Origin: Eledone cirrhosa
Taxonomy: Eukaryota
Length of the DNA stretch: 64,000 nucleotides
Assembly (NCBI GenBank): GCA_964016885.1
Contig: OZ024746.1
Location: 59,086,001-59,150,000 of the forward strand
Direction: 5' to 3'
The notes below the pieces were generated by a model. The model was not told where the DNA came from and ran no database searches. It saw only the letters and a list, made by a program, of their open reading frames with translations. Positions 44,731-58,454 of this stretch are shown one piece after another (position 1 is the stretch's first letter; every line of letters starts with the position of its first letter). Position numbers and translations under genes: made by a program.

Positions 44731-46182
44731 TTGAGAAGTGAATGTTTAGCTACAAGATACTAATTGCGTACACTCTTTTCCGTGTGTGCTGGGGGACATC
44801 TGTGGGTTCCGACGGCGAGTGTTCCAGTTGTTAGAATAATGGCACATCCTATTCATGAAATTAATGTGCAAATGTCCGAGCATTTTATAGACATGTATAT
44901 AACCTTAACATAGTTCTCGCGGTGATTCAACGTGACACATGTCTGGCCGGTTGAAATACAACGCATATTTACCAGCTGAGTAGGATCGAGCAACGTAAAA
45001 TAAAGCGTTTTGCTTTAGTATTTTCATGGTTAAGGCTTTACTTCACATAATGATTTCACATAATATCGAATTTATGGGATTTGGATATCATTTATTTTGA
45101 GAACAATACCTTAACATAAGTATGAGAGGCTGGTTACAGCCAGTTTCAACAGAAAGATGTGAGAGAATTCTGGCCGGATATTGCTGCTTTAAATGTTAAA
45201 GGGTTAAAGACACAATGTACAGCCGAGAATCAAACTCGTCACCGTTCGATTGACGAGTTGAACACCTTAACCTCTAATTTGAACTCAGATCATCCAGTCG
45301 TGATCATATCATCATGTCTTCTTTTTTAGGGATTACATTGGTTTCAGCTTGTTGTGTTCTTGAACAAAATGCTTCATTTCGCGTTCTTCCAGTTAACTCG
45401 GTTGAAAATAATGAGAACCAGCAATAACTGGGGATTAAACCTTAAAACAGACTAGGTTTGGGGAGTCATTTTATGAGAACTCCGGTGCGTTTATCATAAA
45501 AACAACCTAGAAACCTCCTTCGTGATGCAATCTCGTAGGAAGCCAGCTAATCTTTCATAGGTAGGTATGAGTTGTAACAACACTATTTTAACAGTGTTGG
45601 CTTTTAACATTATTTCAGAAAGATTCCAGCGATCACGTGGGTATTCCCTTATTTACAATCACAAGAAATTGGTTTGAGGGTGCGTATATAAGCTTCAAAA
45701 ATACATGAATGTTTTATGGGGAGTGAACTTTTAGAAAATGTTGGCTAAAATCGAAGAAGAATATCAACGATGGTTTACTGAATGGCTGTTGCAATCTGTA
45801 TCATCATCTAAGAAAAACATTTCTTCAAAGGGGAATATAATGTCAAATATCACCTGGAGTACACCACTCCTGTGCAAGACAGAATTCGTGATAAGGCCTG
45901 TCCAGGGGTACCATTGAAAAAGAAGAAGACATTAAAGTCAAACGCTACTGCTGCCATCAACACTCAGTTTAACATTTGATATCCCACAGGTATACGTCTA
46001 TAATTTTATTATGATCATAGCAAAATGAACACGAAATAATTGAAGTCACTTTATTGAACTATCGAAAATATGTATGAAATTGATTTTAACAAAGTTTATT
46101 TCTGTCAAGTGGAATCTGAACAAACTTTTCTTTATCTATGTTGTTCAACATATGCATACGATCACACAATACACCCACATGA

Positions 46183-46215
<33 letters not shown>

Positions 46216-46611
46216 CGTACAGACAGACAGACAGAAACATAACATCCATGCATACTCATAAACACAAGTATGTACACACGGACACTCTTACGTGTACACA
46301 TAGACACGTATATATATATATAATTTTAATCTTCAAATTTTATTAATATTACTATATATATATATATATGTTGAACCATCCGTGCCCCCGTTGGATCTCG
46401 TTCCCTTGAAAATATTTTTTTAAAATCATGTTCACGTAAAAATAATTTTTAAATAATTAAAATATACACAGACATGTATATAATGTGAAATGAAACTGGA
46501 TGACCCATATATAAATATCTGTGTGTATGTATAAACTATACTCTACTCGCAGTCGAGGTTCACCATTATTTACCCTTCAGCTTACATATATATAAATTTA
46601 TATAGTAATAT

Positions 46612-46879
46612 AATAAATTTGAAAACTAAAATCCAAAGAGTGCTCGATATCAAATATATAAGAACCGTAGAGCAAATATTTATTAAAATAACAGATTAAA
46701 GTTTAAGCAAAGAATCGGTGCTTTCACCCTTAACGGGATCTTCTAAAACTCAGATTGATTTTTTTAGTTTCAGAAGATCCCGTTAAGGGTGAAAGCAGCG
46801 ATTCTTTGCTTAAACTTTAATCTGTTATTTTAATAAATATATATATATATATTCAAATTTATTAAGATTACTATTATAC

Positions 46880-46911
<32 letters not shown>

Positions 46912-46995
46912 AATACATTTGAAGACTAAAATCCAAAGAGGGCTCGATAAGGATAAATCTTTGCTTAAACTTTAATCTGTTATTTTAATTAATAA
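46612..46995. mobile_element. Fold-back element with hammerhead-like cores, tail and a deleted partial copy (family H)
   Basis: Arms 46676-46749 / 46766-46840 with (c/t)AGAAGA-tcccgttaagggt-GAAAG; tail with tcGAGCACTC on the minus strand; rearranged copy at 46917-46995. Confidence 0.7.
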
Positions 46996-47392
46996 ATATT
47001 TATATATGTGTGTGTGTGTGGCCTCCTCGGTGACTAATTTGTTATTTTGTGTACTTATTTGTTTTGTCCTCCACCTTGTTGTTTATGTGATATTTGGTTG
47101 CTTTTTTCATGAACTGAACACCACTTAAGAATTTTTTTTTTTTAAAGCTTTTCTTCGATTATGATACAGAGATGAACACTTTGTAATCGTAACCGTGTTT
47201 ATCTTTTTAATGTAAACAGTAAACAACAATAACAAAGCATACGTCGCAGTACAATGAAGAAATATATTACTTTAAACGCTTGAAATAATAATGGACATGA
47301 TAATGGCAGAAATCCCGTTTCCTATAATATACTGGTCTTCTATTTAGTTTTGGGGGTCGCAGTAACCCAATATAACCCACCCACGATATTAC

Positions 47393-47780
47393 CGGTGGTT
47401 TGGCAGTATCGGTAGAGGGTCGGACGCCATGCTTTCCGGCATAGAGTTATCTCCCTTTACGGTCTGAGTTCAAATCCCGTCAAGGTTAGCTTTGCCTTTC
47501 ATTCTTACGGGGTCGATAAAATAAAGTACCTGTAATGCACTGGGATAATTGGTGGCCTTATGCCAAAAGTAGAAACAATTATTAGAGGAGTGGATTGGCA
47601 GTATCAGTAAGGCGTCGAAGAACATGCTTTCCTGTGTTGAGTTACTACCCTTTATTTTCTGTGTTCAAAGACTATCGAAGTTAGATTTAATTCCGGCGGG
47701 ATCGATAAAATAAAACAACAGTAAAAAAAATTGGGGCCAAAATAATCGATTTTCCCCTCCCCTTTAAAATGTTGGTCTTG
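47393..47780 (+). mobile_element. Two tandem family-A SINEs (second decayed)
   Basis: Family motifs at 47393-47583 and 47588-47780. Confidence 0.85.
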
Positions 47781-48126
47781 TTATAATTTCTTTTTTTTTT
47801 ACTCTTTTGCTCCTTGTACGACTTGTGATTTTGGTAATGGAGGCAGCAGCATTTTGATGGTGGTGGTGTTGTATTGGTGGTGCTGTTGATGTTGGTTGTG
47901 GTAGGAGTGTTTTTGATGTTAGTACTGTTGCTGGTGATGTTGCTGTTAGTCGTGGAGGCGATACTGGTGCCGGTGGAAGCGGGGTTGTTGTGTTAATCCA
48001 TTAATGGTTTAGCTTCATTTTAACACAGCAGAGAGAAGAAAAAAAAGAACCGAAATGGAATGATATTTTTATATCAAGTGTATTTCTACATCACAGTGAA
48101 AGAAACACAGACACACATACACACAC

Positions 48127-48171
<45 letters not shown>

Positions 48172-48196
48172 TAGACACAGACACACACACATACAT

Positions 48197-48239
<43 letters not shown>

Positions 48240-48319
48240 AGTTAACTGACAAGGTGGAGAAGCAGCAGTTTGTTTGTCATATGTAACTCCGTGCATTTCC
48301 TGCTGATGTATATATATAT

Positions 48320-48874
48320 ATTTCGTTTCTGAATTTGTTTAGCAAGATTCTTTATCTGAAAACGTGTGTTGAAACCGATATTGTTATACTTTGGGAGGGT
48401 CATTTGCCAATAAGAAACACACGCACCAGCTGTATCACTTCAATTTATTATCATGAATGGCACAGCAACATCACAACTTACAATTAAGGACAAAATGAAA
48501 ACACACACGCACATAGAACAAACAACCAACCAGTAACATGTAAATAAACAAATAAATAAACAAATATAAACACACACAGACACCCGGATGTAACACATGC
48601 GCAAAATAAACACACAACACACACAAAAACAAGATGGCGTAGGACAGAACAAAGGAGAGGCACAAAAACAAAGAAAAGAATCCCCAGTCACTGAAGAGGT
48701 CACGGAATGGGTGACGAAAGAACTTTGACAATATATAAACAATCATCTGGTTGTGGAACCAACCAACCAACCAGAAATTTATAAATTCCTAAATTTTTAA
48801 ATTTTTTATAATAAATTGAAGTGAACGCAAGGGTGCGTGTGTTTCTTATTGGCAACATGACCCTCTCAAAGTAT

Positions 48875-48880
<6 letters not shown>
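48320..48880. mobile_element. Family-D fold-back (copy 2) whose loop holds a different hammerhead-bearing segment
   Basis: Same arms and extension as 33711-33942; ~350-bp AC-rich spacer related to 57110-57410. Confidence 0.8.
48687..48729 (+). ncRNA. Minimal type-I hammerhead ribozyme
   Basis: gtca-CTGAAGA-g gtcac ggaatgg gtgac-GAAA-g aa c-TT-tgac: intact core, 5-bp stem II, 4-bp stem I, very short stem III. Confidence 0.65.
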
Positions 48881-48959
<79 letters not shown>

Positions 48960-48987
48960 TATATACATATATATATATACATATACA

Positions 48988-49074
<87 letters not shown>

Positions 49075-49333
49075 GGATATATATATATATACACATATGT
49101 ATATATAGTTATGTGTGTGTGTATATAGGTATATATATTTATATACACAAACATTTAGGCCAAAGCTGCCATATTTTCTTTTGTTGTTGTAACTGTTGTT
49201 GTTGAGGTGTTAATGTTGTTTTTGTTTTTGTTTCTCTTTAATTTAATAACTTGGCTGTGCTTACCAAATAGGGTTTCTGGGGACAATGGAGTTTAAAAAG
49301 CGATGTTTATGGAGGGGCAAAGTTCAACAACAG

Positions 49334-49380
<47 letters not shown>

Positions 49381-49462
49381 ACAATACAATAGCAGCAGCA
49401 GCGGCAGTAGCAGCGTTATCAGTAGCAGCAGTAATAAAACTTCCAAGTTGAGGAATGATACT

Positions 49463-49504
<42 letters not shown>

Positions 49505-49754
49505 GTCATCATCAACAACAGCAGCAAGAACAGCAGCAACATTATCAGTAACAGCAGTAATAGAACTTCCAAGTTGAGGAATACTTTCAACGTTGCCCTC
49601 ATCATCATCATCATCATCATTACCATCATCATCATCATCATCATCATCGCCGTCACCAACATCACCACCACCACCATCATCATTATCATCATCATCATCA
49701 TCATCATCATAATCCCATCATCACCATCATCACCATCATCACCATCACCATCAC

Positions 49755-49786
<32 letters not shown>

Positions 49787-49788
49787 CC

Positions 49789-49870
<82 letters not shown>

Positions 49871-49979
49871 CTATCATCATCATCATCATCATAATCATCA
49901 TCATCAGTATCATCATCATAATGCCATCATCACCTAAATCACCATCATCACCATCACCATCACCATCATCATCATCATC

Positions 49980-50011
<32 letters not shown>

Positions 50012-50020
50012 CACCATCAC

Positions 50021-50073
<53 letters not shown>

Positions 50074-50236
50074 CCATCACCATCATCACCATCATCATCA
50101 TCATCATCACCATCACCATCATCATCATCATCACCATCATCATCATCATAATCATAATCATCATCATCATCAGCATCAGCATCACCATCATCATAATCCC
50201 ATCATCATAATCCCATCATCATCATCATCATCATCC
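49334..50236. repeat. (CAT)n/(CAC)n microsatellite block with a short internal duplication
   Basis: Direct reading. Confidence 0.95.
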
Positions 50237-50480
50237 TCAACAACAACAACAATAACAGCGGGAGCAGAACCACGTGGTCGTGAATTGTACAGCAGCAGCA
50301 GGAATCTGCAAGTTTAAAATCCAGACACTCAATAAACAGAGGCAAACAAGCCTCATTTTTAAAGCCATGTCAGTAGAATGAACTCTTCATCCTTGCTCTT
50401 GTGTTGGCATGTAAACAGAACTGCAGTTCTGTTTGCATAATTGCAAACGATTCGAATGTTATTATTAATATTCGAAAAAA

Positions 50481-50670
50481 GGCGGTGGATTAGCAGTATC
50501 GGTAGAGGGTCGGACGCCATGCTTTGCAGCAAAGAGTTACGGCCCTTTATGGTCTGAGTTCAAATCCCGCCGGGGTTAACTTTGCCTTTCATCCTTACGG
50601 GGTCGATAAAATAAAGTACAAGTAATGTACTGTGTAATTGTTGGCCTTGTGCCAAAAGTAGAAACAATTA
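50481..50670 (+). mobile_element. Family-A SINE with ~19-bp target-site duplication
   Basis: TSD attattaatattcgaaaaa on both sides; the empty site is visible in the paralogous copy at ~51108-51126. Confidence 0.93.
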
Positions 50671-50957
50671 TTAATATTCGAAAAACTCAGATTACATTTA
50701 TTGTGTTCAGCCATGTAGAGCGAAATTTTCTTTTTTTATTTGAATGTGGCAAAGCCGGCCATTTATCGCTCGTACACAGGAAACTGACTGGCCAGTCTGC
50801 TGATATGCAAATCTTGCTGATCAGTGGATCTGCTAATATGCAGATCTGACTGATATCAGCCAGTCTGTTAATATACAAATCAGGCCGATCAGTCACTGTA
50901 TATTTTAGAAAATAGCATTTATTTTCACCAGCTCTGACAGTTTGGCAGGTGAACAGT

Positions 50958-51007
50958 GAGCTGTACTGATGAAGGGTGATACCCAGAAACATTAGTGTCT
51001 GCAGTTC
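50958..51007 (+). ncRNA. Type-I hammerhead ribozyme, intact core
   Basis: 8-bp stem I gagctgta/tgcagttc; CTGATGA; stem II gggt-gat-accc; GAAAC-attagt-GTC (near-palindromic stem III); GUC triplet at 50997-50999. Confidence 0.85.
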
Positions 51008-51687
51008 AGTTCACATGCCAACACAAGAGCAAGAATGTAGGGTTCATTCTACTGACATGGCTATAAAAATGAGGTTTGTTTGCATAATTGCAAACGAATC
51101 GAATGTTATTATTAATATTCGAAAAACTCAGATTACATTTATTGTATTCAGCCATGTAGAGCGAAATTTTCTTTTTATATATGTGTGTGTGTATATATAT
51201 ATGTGTGTGTGTGTGTGTGTGCGTGTATACTACATAAAATGAGCGAGAAGAATACAAACGGATATACAAACAAACAATACACACATAAACACACACATAT
51301 ACACACACATACACACACAGATATTAATATATATATGTAGTGAAAGAGTGAAGAATAACATGTTATCCCATATATATATATTTATATATATATATATACG
51401 TACATATATATACATATATATAAATGTATATACGTATATATATATATAATATATATGCATATATATATATATACATTTGTGTTGATTATAGTTTAACGAC
51501 AGGTACAAATATGCAATAATTCATTGTATATTTGTATTTTTCTCTGTGATTTACAAATATTCCTACGACTCTGTTATAGCCGTTGTTCTGTTAATGTTAT
51601 ATATTCGTTCCACTATTTCCTGGACAATATTAGATTTAACACTACGGCATCCCTCCTGATAAAATACAATGTCCACATACATACTGG

Positions 51688-51766
<79 letters not shown>

Positions 51767-51995
51767 TGTGTGTGTATATATATATATTTATATATATGTG
51801 TGTGTACGTGTGTGTGTGTATATGTGTGTACGTGTGTATTGTTTGTTTGTATATCCGTTTCTATTCTTCTCACTCATTTTATGTAACAATCGCTTGTTCC
51901 TGCTTTTCTGCCTCGCTTCAGACTCTATAAGTTTTATTTCCTATTAACCATTGGTTTTTATCTATCTCTCTGTCTCTCTCTCTCTCTTTCGTTCG

Positions 51996-52029
<34 letters not shown>

Positions 52030-53148
52030 ATCAATCTATATATCTCTATCTCTGTCTTCCTATTACTAACTATTTCTCTTTCATATTTCCCCATCTCTCT
52101 CACTCTCTTAATTTTCTTCAGATGATCTGCTCTTGGCATGATGAACGCTCTCATTTTTAAAGCTATGTATTTCTCTTTCCATTTCAATCTCCTTTCTTTC
52201 TTTGTCCTTTCCTTAATTTTCTCCATTTTTCTTTCACTCTCCTTCACCCTATCTTTCTCAACAATTTAGAACTTTTTTATTCAGTCCTCAGATGTCATTT
52301 ATATAATATATCATACATCAGAAAGTATTGCATTAAAAATAAGCTATGTAAAAAGAGACACAATGCATATGTATGTATATCAATATATGTAAATATGCAC
52401 ATTTGCGTGAAGGGGATACACACATAATTTTAAACATATTCGCTCAGGCATCCAAACTGATGCACACATCCACACACAGAGAGAGAAAGAAAAAAAAGGT
52501 GCGTGGGCTATCAGCCGAAGTCTATGATAAAGTTATATCTGTATAAATAGAAAGTGTGTAAACGTGGCTGCAACAACGTGTATAAATATATATATACATA
52601 TCAAATATGTAGACGCGTGTAAATGTATTCTCTGGCGTGTTTACATATTAGATATTACTATAAGTGTTTACCCGTTGGTACAGTCTCGGTTGCAATATAT
52701 ATATATATATATATACAAGTTAATATAAATTAATATATTTGATAAACAGAAATACCAACATATTCATGTTTGTATTGTAAATGACCAAGTTAGCTATATT
52801 GAAATATACTAATAATAATAATACATTTTGCCTGTCTCGATTTAAGATAATAAATCAATAAAAACAAATCATATTGGCAATGGCCGTAGTGCTTGGACAA
52901 ATTTAAATTTCAAAATCAAACCTGTTCCGTAGACAGGTTTAAACGTTAAAATCCAAATATGTTTCGAATAATGAAAAAGTGAAAGAATACCGCATTTTGA
53001 TCTCCTCAGCAAGCACTATAAAAATTGGTATGTTTCACTTCAAAATATTTAGAAAGACTGATTAACGCACATGGTATTTCACGCGGTTATCCAGTGTCTA
53101 GCTGTCACATACTCGTGCTGCTAGAAATAACAGCCGTTTGTATGGGGC

Positions 53149-53242
<94 letters not shown>

Positions 53243-53304
53243 GAAAAGTATAGAAATTGTTGTAGCGAGAAGCTAACAGTATTCCATATATATATGTATA
53301 TATA

Positions 53305-53790
53305 TATTATAAAATAACAGGAGGCTGGACTGGTGTAATTCCTTGAAACGTTTATTATTCTATGATCATTTCAATGACCGGGTTCAATATGAATCTGTGA
53401 CATCATCAGCTATTTGAAATATAACAAAGGAATATAATAGAAAAAATCCATGGGGTGAAAATCAGAGACGTGAGGTAGAAGCTGCTAAATGTTCGGTCGC
53501 CCTCATGTCTCTGATTTTCAGTCCCATGGATTTTGTGTATTATATTTCAAATACCTGATGCTGTCACCGGATTAATACTGACTCCGGTCATTGAAATGTT
53601 CATAGTATAATAAACCTTTCAAGGAATTACACCAGTCTAGCCTCCCGTTATTTTATAATAATTAACTCCGTACTCGCACCACCAACTACACAAACGAAGA
53701 CGGGTGAGTTGCATTACATTGAGTGCTCTCCATAATATTACATCGAGGTTGACCATACGGAATAACCAGTTCTATCCAGTGGTAAACCAA
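53305..53790. mobile_element. Long diverged fold-back element with hammerhead cores in both arms and a tail (family I)
   Basis: Arms ~53305-53475 / ~53501-53660; minus-strand atttcaaatag-CTGATGA...GAAC-CCGG-TC-attgaaat (53368-53420); tail 'actcc...attGAGTGCTC' at 53721. Confidence 0.75.
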
Positions 53791-54065
53791 CAAAACTAAG
53801 TAAATATATATATTGCAAACTTGACTGTCACCACACATTATGAACCTGAAGATTGCGAAAGCATGAAAGTACTTTTTCAATTAGCATTTAACATTTAATA
53901 TTCTATCATACTATTTCATTATAATACCATTATAAATTTTAAAGGATTGTAAATAAAACGAGTAAATCAGACAAAGTTGGAATTCCTCTTATTAATATAT
54001 ATATATATATATATATGTGTATATATGTATGTATATATATATGTATCCATAGACATATACATACA

Positions 54066-54541
54066 TGTCGACAGACTTTCGACACATCGGACCGAGGAAA
54101 TAACGTTTCCATTGGTCTTTCCAATTGCTAATATTATCTATCGGTCGCAACTTTAGGTAGAAGGAGCAACGTGAAATAAAGTGTCTTGCTGAAGGACATA
54201 ACGCATCCTCCGGTCCGGGAGTCGAACTGACAACTTCACGATTGCGAATCCAATTCTCTAATCTCTCAGCCACGCGCCTAAAGAGGTGAAGGAGAAAGAA
54301 GACATTATGTCTTCTGTTTCTGAAGGTGCGAGACTGAGTGGTAAAAGAATTGGATTCGCAATCGTGAGGGTGTGAGTTCGAATCCTGGACCGGGTGATGC
54401 GTTATGTCCTTGAGCAAGACACTTTATTTCACGTTGCTCCTTCTACCTGGAGTTGCGACTGAGAGAGAGTATTAGCAATTGGAAAGACCAACGGAAACAT
54501 TGCTTCCTCGGTCCGATTTGACGAAAGTCAATCGACTGTCG
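54066..54541. mobile_element. Head-to-head inverted pair of family-B SINEs
   Basis: 54066-54279 (minus) and 54324-54541 (plus), 44-bp spacer; tRNA-like heads with 'gttcgaatcc'; 'gtccttgagcaagacacttt' segment. Confidence 0.88.
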
Positions 54542-55247
54542 ATATATATATATAATTTATAGTATATTGCTCTGATTATTTAATTTATTAATTCATCATT
54601 GAGCCATATCGTGAATGGTTGCCAAAAACATATATATCTATGACTTTGTCTAGTTTGTGTATATGTAAATCTTTATATTTGATAATCTCCCATAAGGTTG
54701 AGATGCAATTTAGGCAATATTAGGCTGCGCTTTCTAGCAACCAGCCCACTCGCCGTAAGGCACTAATCATATTCTTTCTGACTTGACCACTGCCACGTCA
54801 CAGTTCTTAGCCATTTTGAATTCGTTTCTGGCGGGGATCATTTAAGAAAAATCTTCGTTCAAGTGAGTTTGTTTCCTGATGATTTCGAAGCTCGAGAATT
54901 TATCCTTGATCGGATATTTCCAAAAGCGAATGAAACTCTAAGGGGTAGAAACGTAATCCTGGTATGTTTATATACATTTTTTCTTCTAACTTTAATTTTA
55001 TACCTATTTGTGTATGGTTGACGATATATTTAATCGATTTCCACGTGCTATTGAAATGCTGGGTAAATATTCTATAGCTGTTGATCGCGAATAGATGGGT
55101 GTCGTTTATTTATCTATTATTTCTTTATAGGTGCCTTTTAATCTTATAGCCTGGTTTAATTGGGTTTTTTTGTGTGGTTGATTATGCTCTTTGGGAGAGG
55201 AGATGGTGTATATATCTTATCAAATGATTCTATGGACAGAATTTATA

Positions 55248-55292
<45 letters not shown>

Positions 55293-55441
55293 TAAACCAG
55301 GATAGATTCAGTTTGTAACTGGTTAGACCATTACTTAACAGAGTACTCGATACTTGTGGTAGCAGTGTATGGTTATATTATAAAGTCTGGAATTGGCTAT
55401 TGAAACGGCAAGAGATCAATCGTTGGGGTCCTTACTCTTTA
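55293..55441 (-). mobile_element. Short (TA)n-embedded segment resembling the family-C tail
   Basis: 'gaccatta...agagtactcgatac..g.ggtagcag' aligns with 30972-31012. Confidence 0.5.
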
Positions 55442-55463
55442 TAATATATATATATGAATATAC

Positions 55464-55527
<64 letters not shown>

Positions 55528-55640
55528 ATACATATATATAATATATATGTAAAAGGTAAACAGAAATAACAATACAACACAATAATTACAGTATATGGAA
55601 GGAATATATTAGGTAAACGCTTGAAATAGCAGGGAGAGGG

Positions 55641-55674
55641 TCTTAACGTTTCGGACGCTAGTCATTCATTAGAA
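55641..55674 (-). ncRNA. Degenerate minimal hammerhead motif
   Basis: Minus strand CTAATGA-atgactagcgtcc-GAAAC-GT-TA; one core substitution, weak stem I. Confidence 0.4.
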
Positions 55675-56671
55675 AAAAAAAAGATTGAGAAATTGGAAAG
55701 ATTGAAGGGACGGGCGTGGCGGAATCGGAAAAAAAATGTTTTTAGAGAAAAATAACAGGTCCATTCATGTTGCCTATGCATATATGAAATATTCTATGCT
55801 GAGATGTGAAAAGAATTTTAGGTTCCAGTGGATGGATCTTAATTAAATCATTTGTAGAAACTAACAATCTAATGAATCAACACACGGTAAAACCAATCTT
55901 ATGAAACGAATTTTCAAGAAAAACTTTGGAAGGTCACGTATAATTTTTAATTCACTTTCCATTAGCGATTCTTGTGTTATTTTTCTTGTTTTGCTAAGTG
56001 TAGTGGATGGCGCTGTCTATGACCTTTCTATGTTCTACGAGACTGATAATGATTTGCTGCAAATTGACTCGTTTATGAAAGACATGGCCAGGAAATATAC
56101 TCCAGATTTATGACGTTATGGAGAGGAAGCATTCGTCGGAGTGGTTTGTGTAGGGTTTGGATGGGGTTGAGAGAAAGAGAGATGATTGAAATGGAAGTAC
56201 TTGGGTGAGGGCTTTATTAGATCAATCAACTCCGTGGAACAGATGACGTAGTAGTAGCTGTGGCCAGATGATCGAGCGTATATTTCAGTGACTTCATGTC
56301 AAAAATCGGACGAGTGGGTGTTTTCTGAATGTGGCTTAGGATATATGAATGTGTGCAGAACCGTGACAGGCGTGGGGACACGATTCCATTGTGGATCTTA
56401 CCTGAACAGTCTAGTGGGTCAGAATTTGTTGGGTGTTGAACTATTTCCTGGTTCTGTTAGTTGCAGTTCGAGCTATTTTAAGATGTACGTTGGACATGAG
56501 AGATCCTTAATGATAGGGAGACCTAGCATTTGGAGCAGGCTGTTCATGTTTAAGAGTAGTGTTGTGCAGGGATACACATACAAAGCGGATGAAAAATAAC
56601 ATGTATTAAATTGTTCACTGATTTGGTTTCAGTCATTCGACTGGTCTCGCTCTCTCTCTCTCTCTCTCTCG

Positions 56672-56805
<134 letters not shown>

Positions 56806-57057
56806 ATCTCTCTCTCTCTCTCTCTCTCTTTGCCAAGCAATTAATGTAATCTATTTTGGAAACCTTTGATGGGTTATGAATTTGGAAAGTGTGTTACCTT
56901 CAAGTTACTAATTTTACTGTAAAATGTAGTCTAACAGGTTGGGCATATAAGCACCAAGAAATAGAAAAAAAATATCTAACGCCAAGAAATATCTATGATT
57001 CCTAGCAGACAACTGACGATGTATATTCCACTCTTTCGCCCATAACTTTTATTTTTC

Positions 57058-57109
<52 letters not shown>

Positions 57110-57115
<6 letters not shown>

Positions 57116-57410
57116 ATTTTCTACGCCATCTTTATACATACACAAGCACAATAACAACAAACATATATAAACACACACTAGTAAAGATAGAACAGATTCA
57201 CCAATACACAGTCACCCAATCACGAACACACATCAAACAAAACACTATACAGACACGCAAACGCATGCGCAAAGAAGACAAATAAAATAAACAAATAAAT
57301 AAATATATAAACAGACTAAATAAAGATGGCGTAGAAAATACAATGCAACGGGAGGAAACAATAGCACCACTGACCATGTTGCAGATGTGCAACGAAAGAA
57401 CTTTGATAAA
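57110..57410 (+). mobile_element. AC-rich element with 24-bp inverted repeat and degenerate hammerhead
   Basis: attgtattttctacgccatcttta / taaagatggcgtagaaaatacaat; CTGACCA-t gttgca gatg tgcaac-GAAAgaacTTtga, related to 48630-48729. Confidence 0.55.
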
Positions 57411-57664
57411 CTATATATGTGTGTTTGTGTCTATATTGTATCTGTATTATTTTTGACCGTTGGTCAGTGAATGGCAACATTGAGGACCGAATAAATTAGA
57501 TTACCGATATAAAAGATACAGAAGCGAAAAGCGAAAACCAACCAAACAGTGAGTGTGTTCTGTTATTAATTCTGGCAATATTACACAAATATGACCCTCC
57601 CCATATTTGTTTCGACACACGATTTCATATAAGAAACCTCGCAAAACTAATTCATCGCCGTTAT

Positions 57665-57849
57665 CGGTGGATTGGCAGTATCGGTAGAGGGTCGAACGCC
57701 ATGCTTTGACGTATAGAGTTACGGCCCTTGACATTCTGAGTTCAAATCCCGCCGAGGTTAACTTTGCCTTTCATCCTTACGGGGTCGATAAAATAAAGTA
57801 CCAGTAATGTAGTGGATAATTGCTGGCCTTGTGCCTAACGTAGAAACAG

Positions 57850-57883
<34 letters not shown>

Positions 57884-58368
57884 CGGCGATGAATTATATA
57901 TATATATATATATATTTAATGTATAATAAACAATACAATATAATTACCTCATTACCAGAGGTTTTCCGAATAAGACGGATACAAGAAACAACACATAACG
58001 CACTGGGGTCGATTCACTCGAATTTCCCCTCTCTCAAAATTGCCGGCCTTGTGCCTAAAGTAGAAACATATATTAACCCACACTGTATCGTCCTGTGTTG
58101 TCTTTAATGTTTCCTTAATGTGAGCCCTGTGTGGCTAATAAAGAAATCATTATTTGGCAGAATCGTTAGAGCGTCGGACATCATGCTTGTCAGCATAGAG
58201 TTACGGCCCTTTAAGGTCTGAGTACAACTCCCGCAGAGGTTAATTTTGCCTTTCATCCTTACGGGGTTGATAAACAAAGCACCAGTAACGTACTGGGGTC
58301 GATTTAATCGACTTTCCCCTCCCCCTTCAAATTGCTGGCGCTATGCCTAAAGTAGAAAAAATTATTAT
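57665..58368 (+). mobile_element. Family-A SINE cluster (57665-57850, 3' piece 57998-58075, 58153-58368)
   Basis: Family motifs. Confidence 0.88.
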
Positions 58369-58454
58369 TAGTAGTCGTAGTAGTAGTAGTAGTAATAGTA
58401 GTAGTAGTAGTGAGGGCAGGTGCAGTACCAAGCGGCATAACACCAGCAACAGCA

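Larger units (their letters stand above)
50342..51176 (+). mobile_element. Putative Penelope-like/retrozyme unit with an inverted copy and a direct copy of its terminal repeat
   Basis: 50342-50426 is the reverse complement of 50999-51083; 50430-50737 (minus the SINE) is a direct repeat of 51077-51176; hammerhead at 50958-51007. Confidence 0.7.

Noticed and set aside
46366-46512. Possible mariner-type MITE (tatg..aaccatcc / ggatgacccata)
   Set aside because: TIR match is too short and imperfect to support
54876-54960. CTGATGA and GAAACGTA hammerhead-like words
   Set aside because: I could not assemble a convincing core with stems; the best arrangement needs a mutated box and a large bulge
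55800-56599. Possible PLE coding remnant upstream of the 55641 motif
   Set aside because: No RT or GIY-YIG motif could be read in any frame by eye
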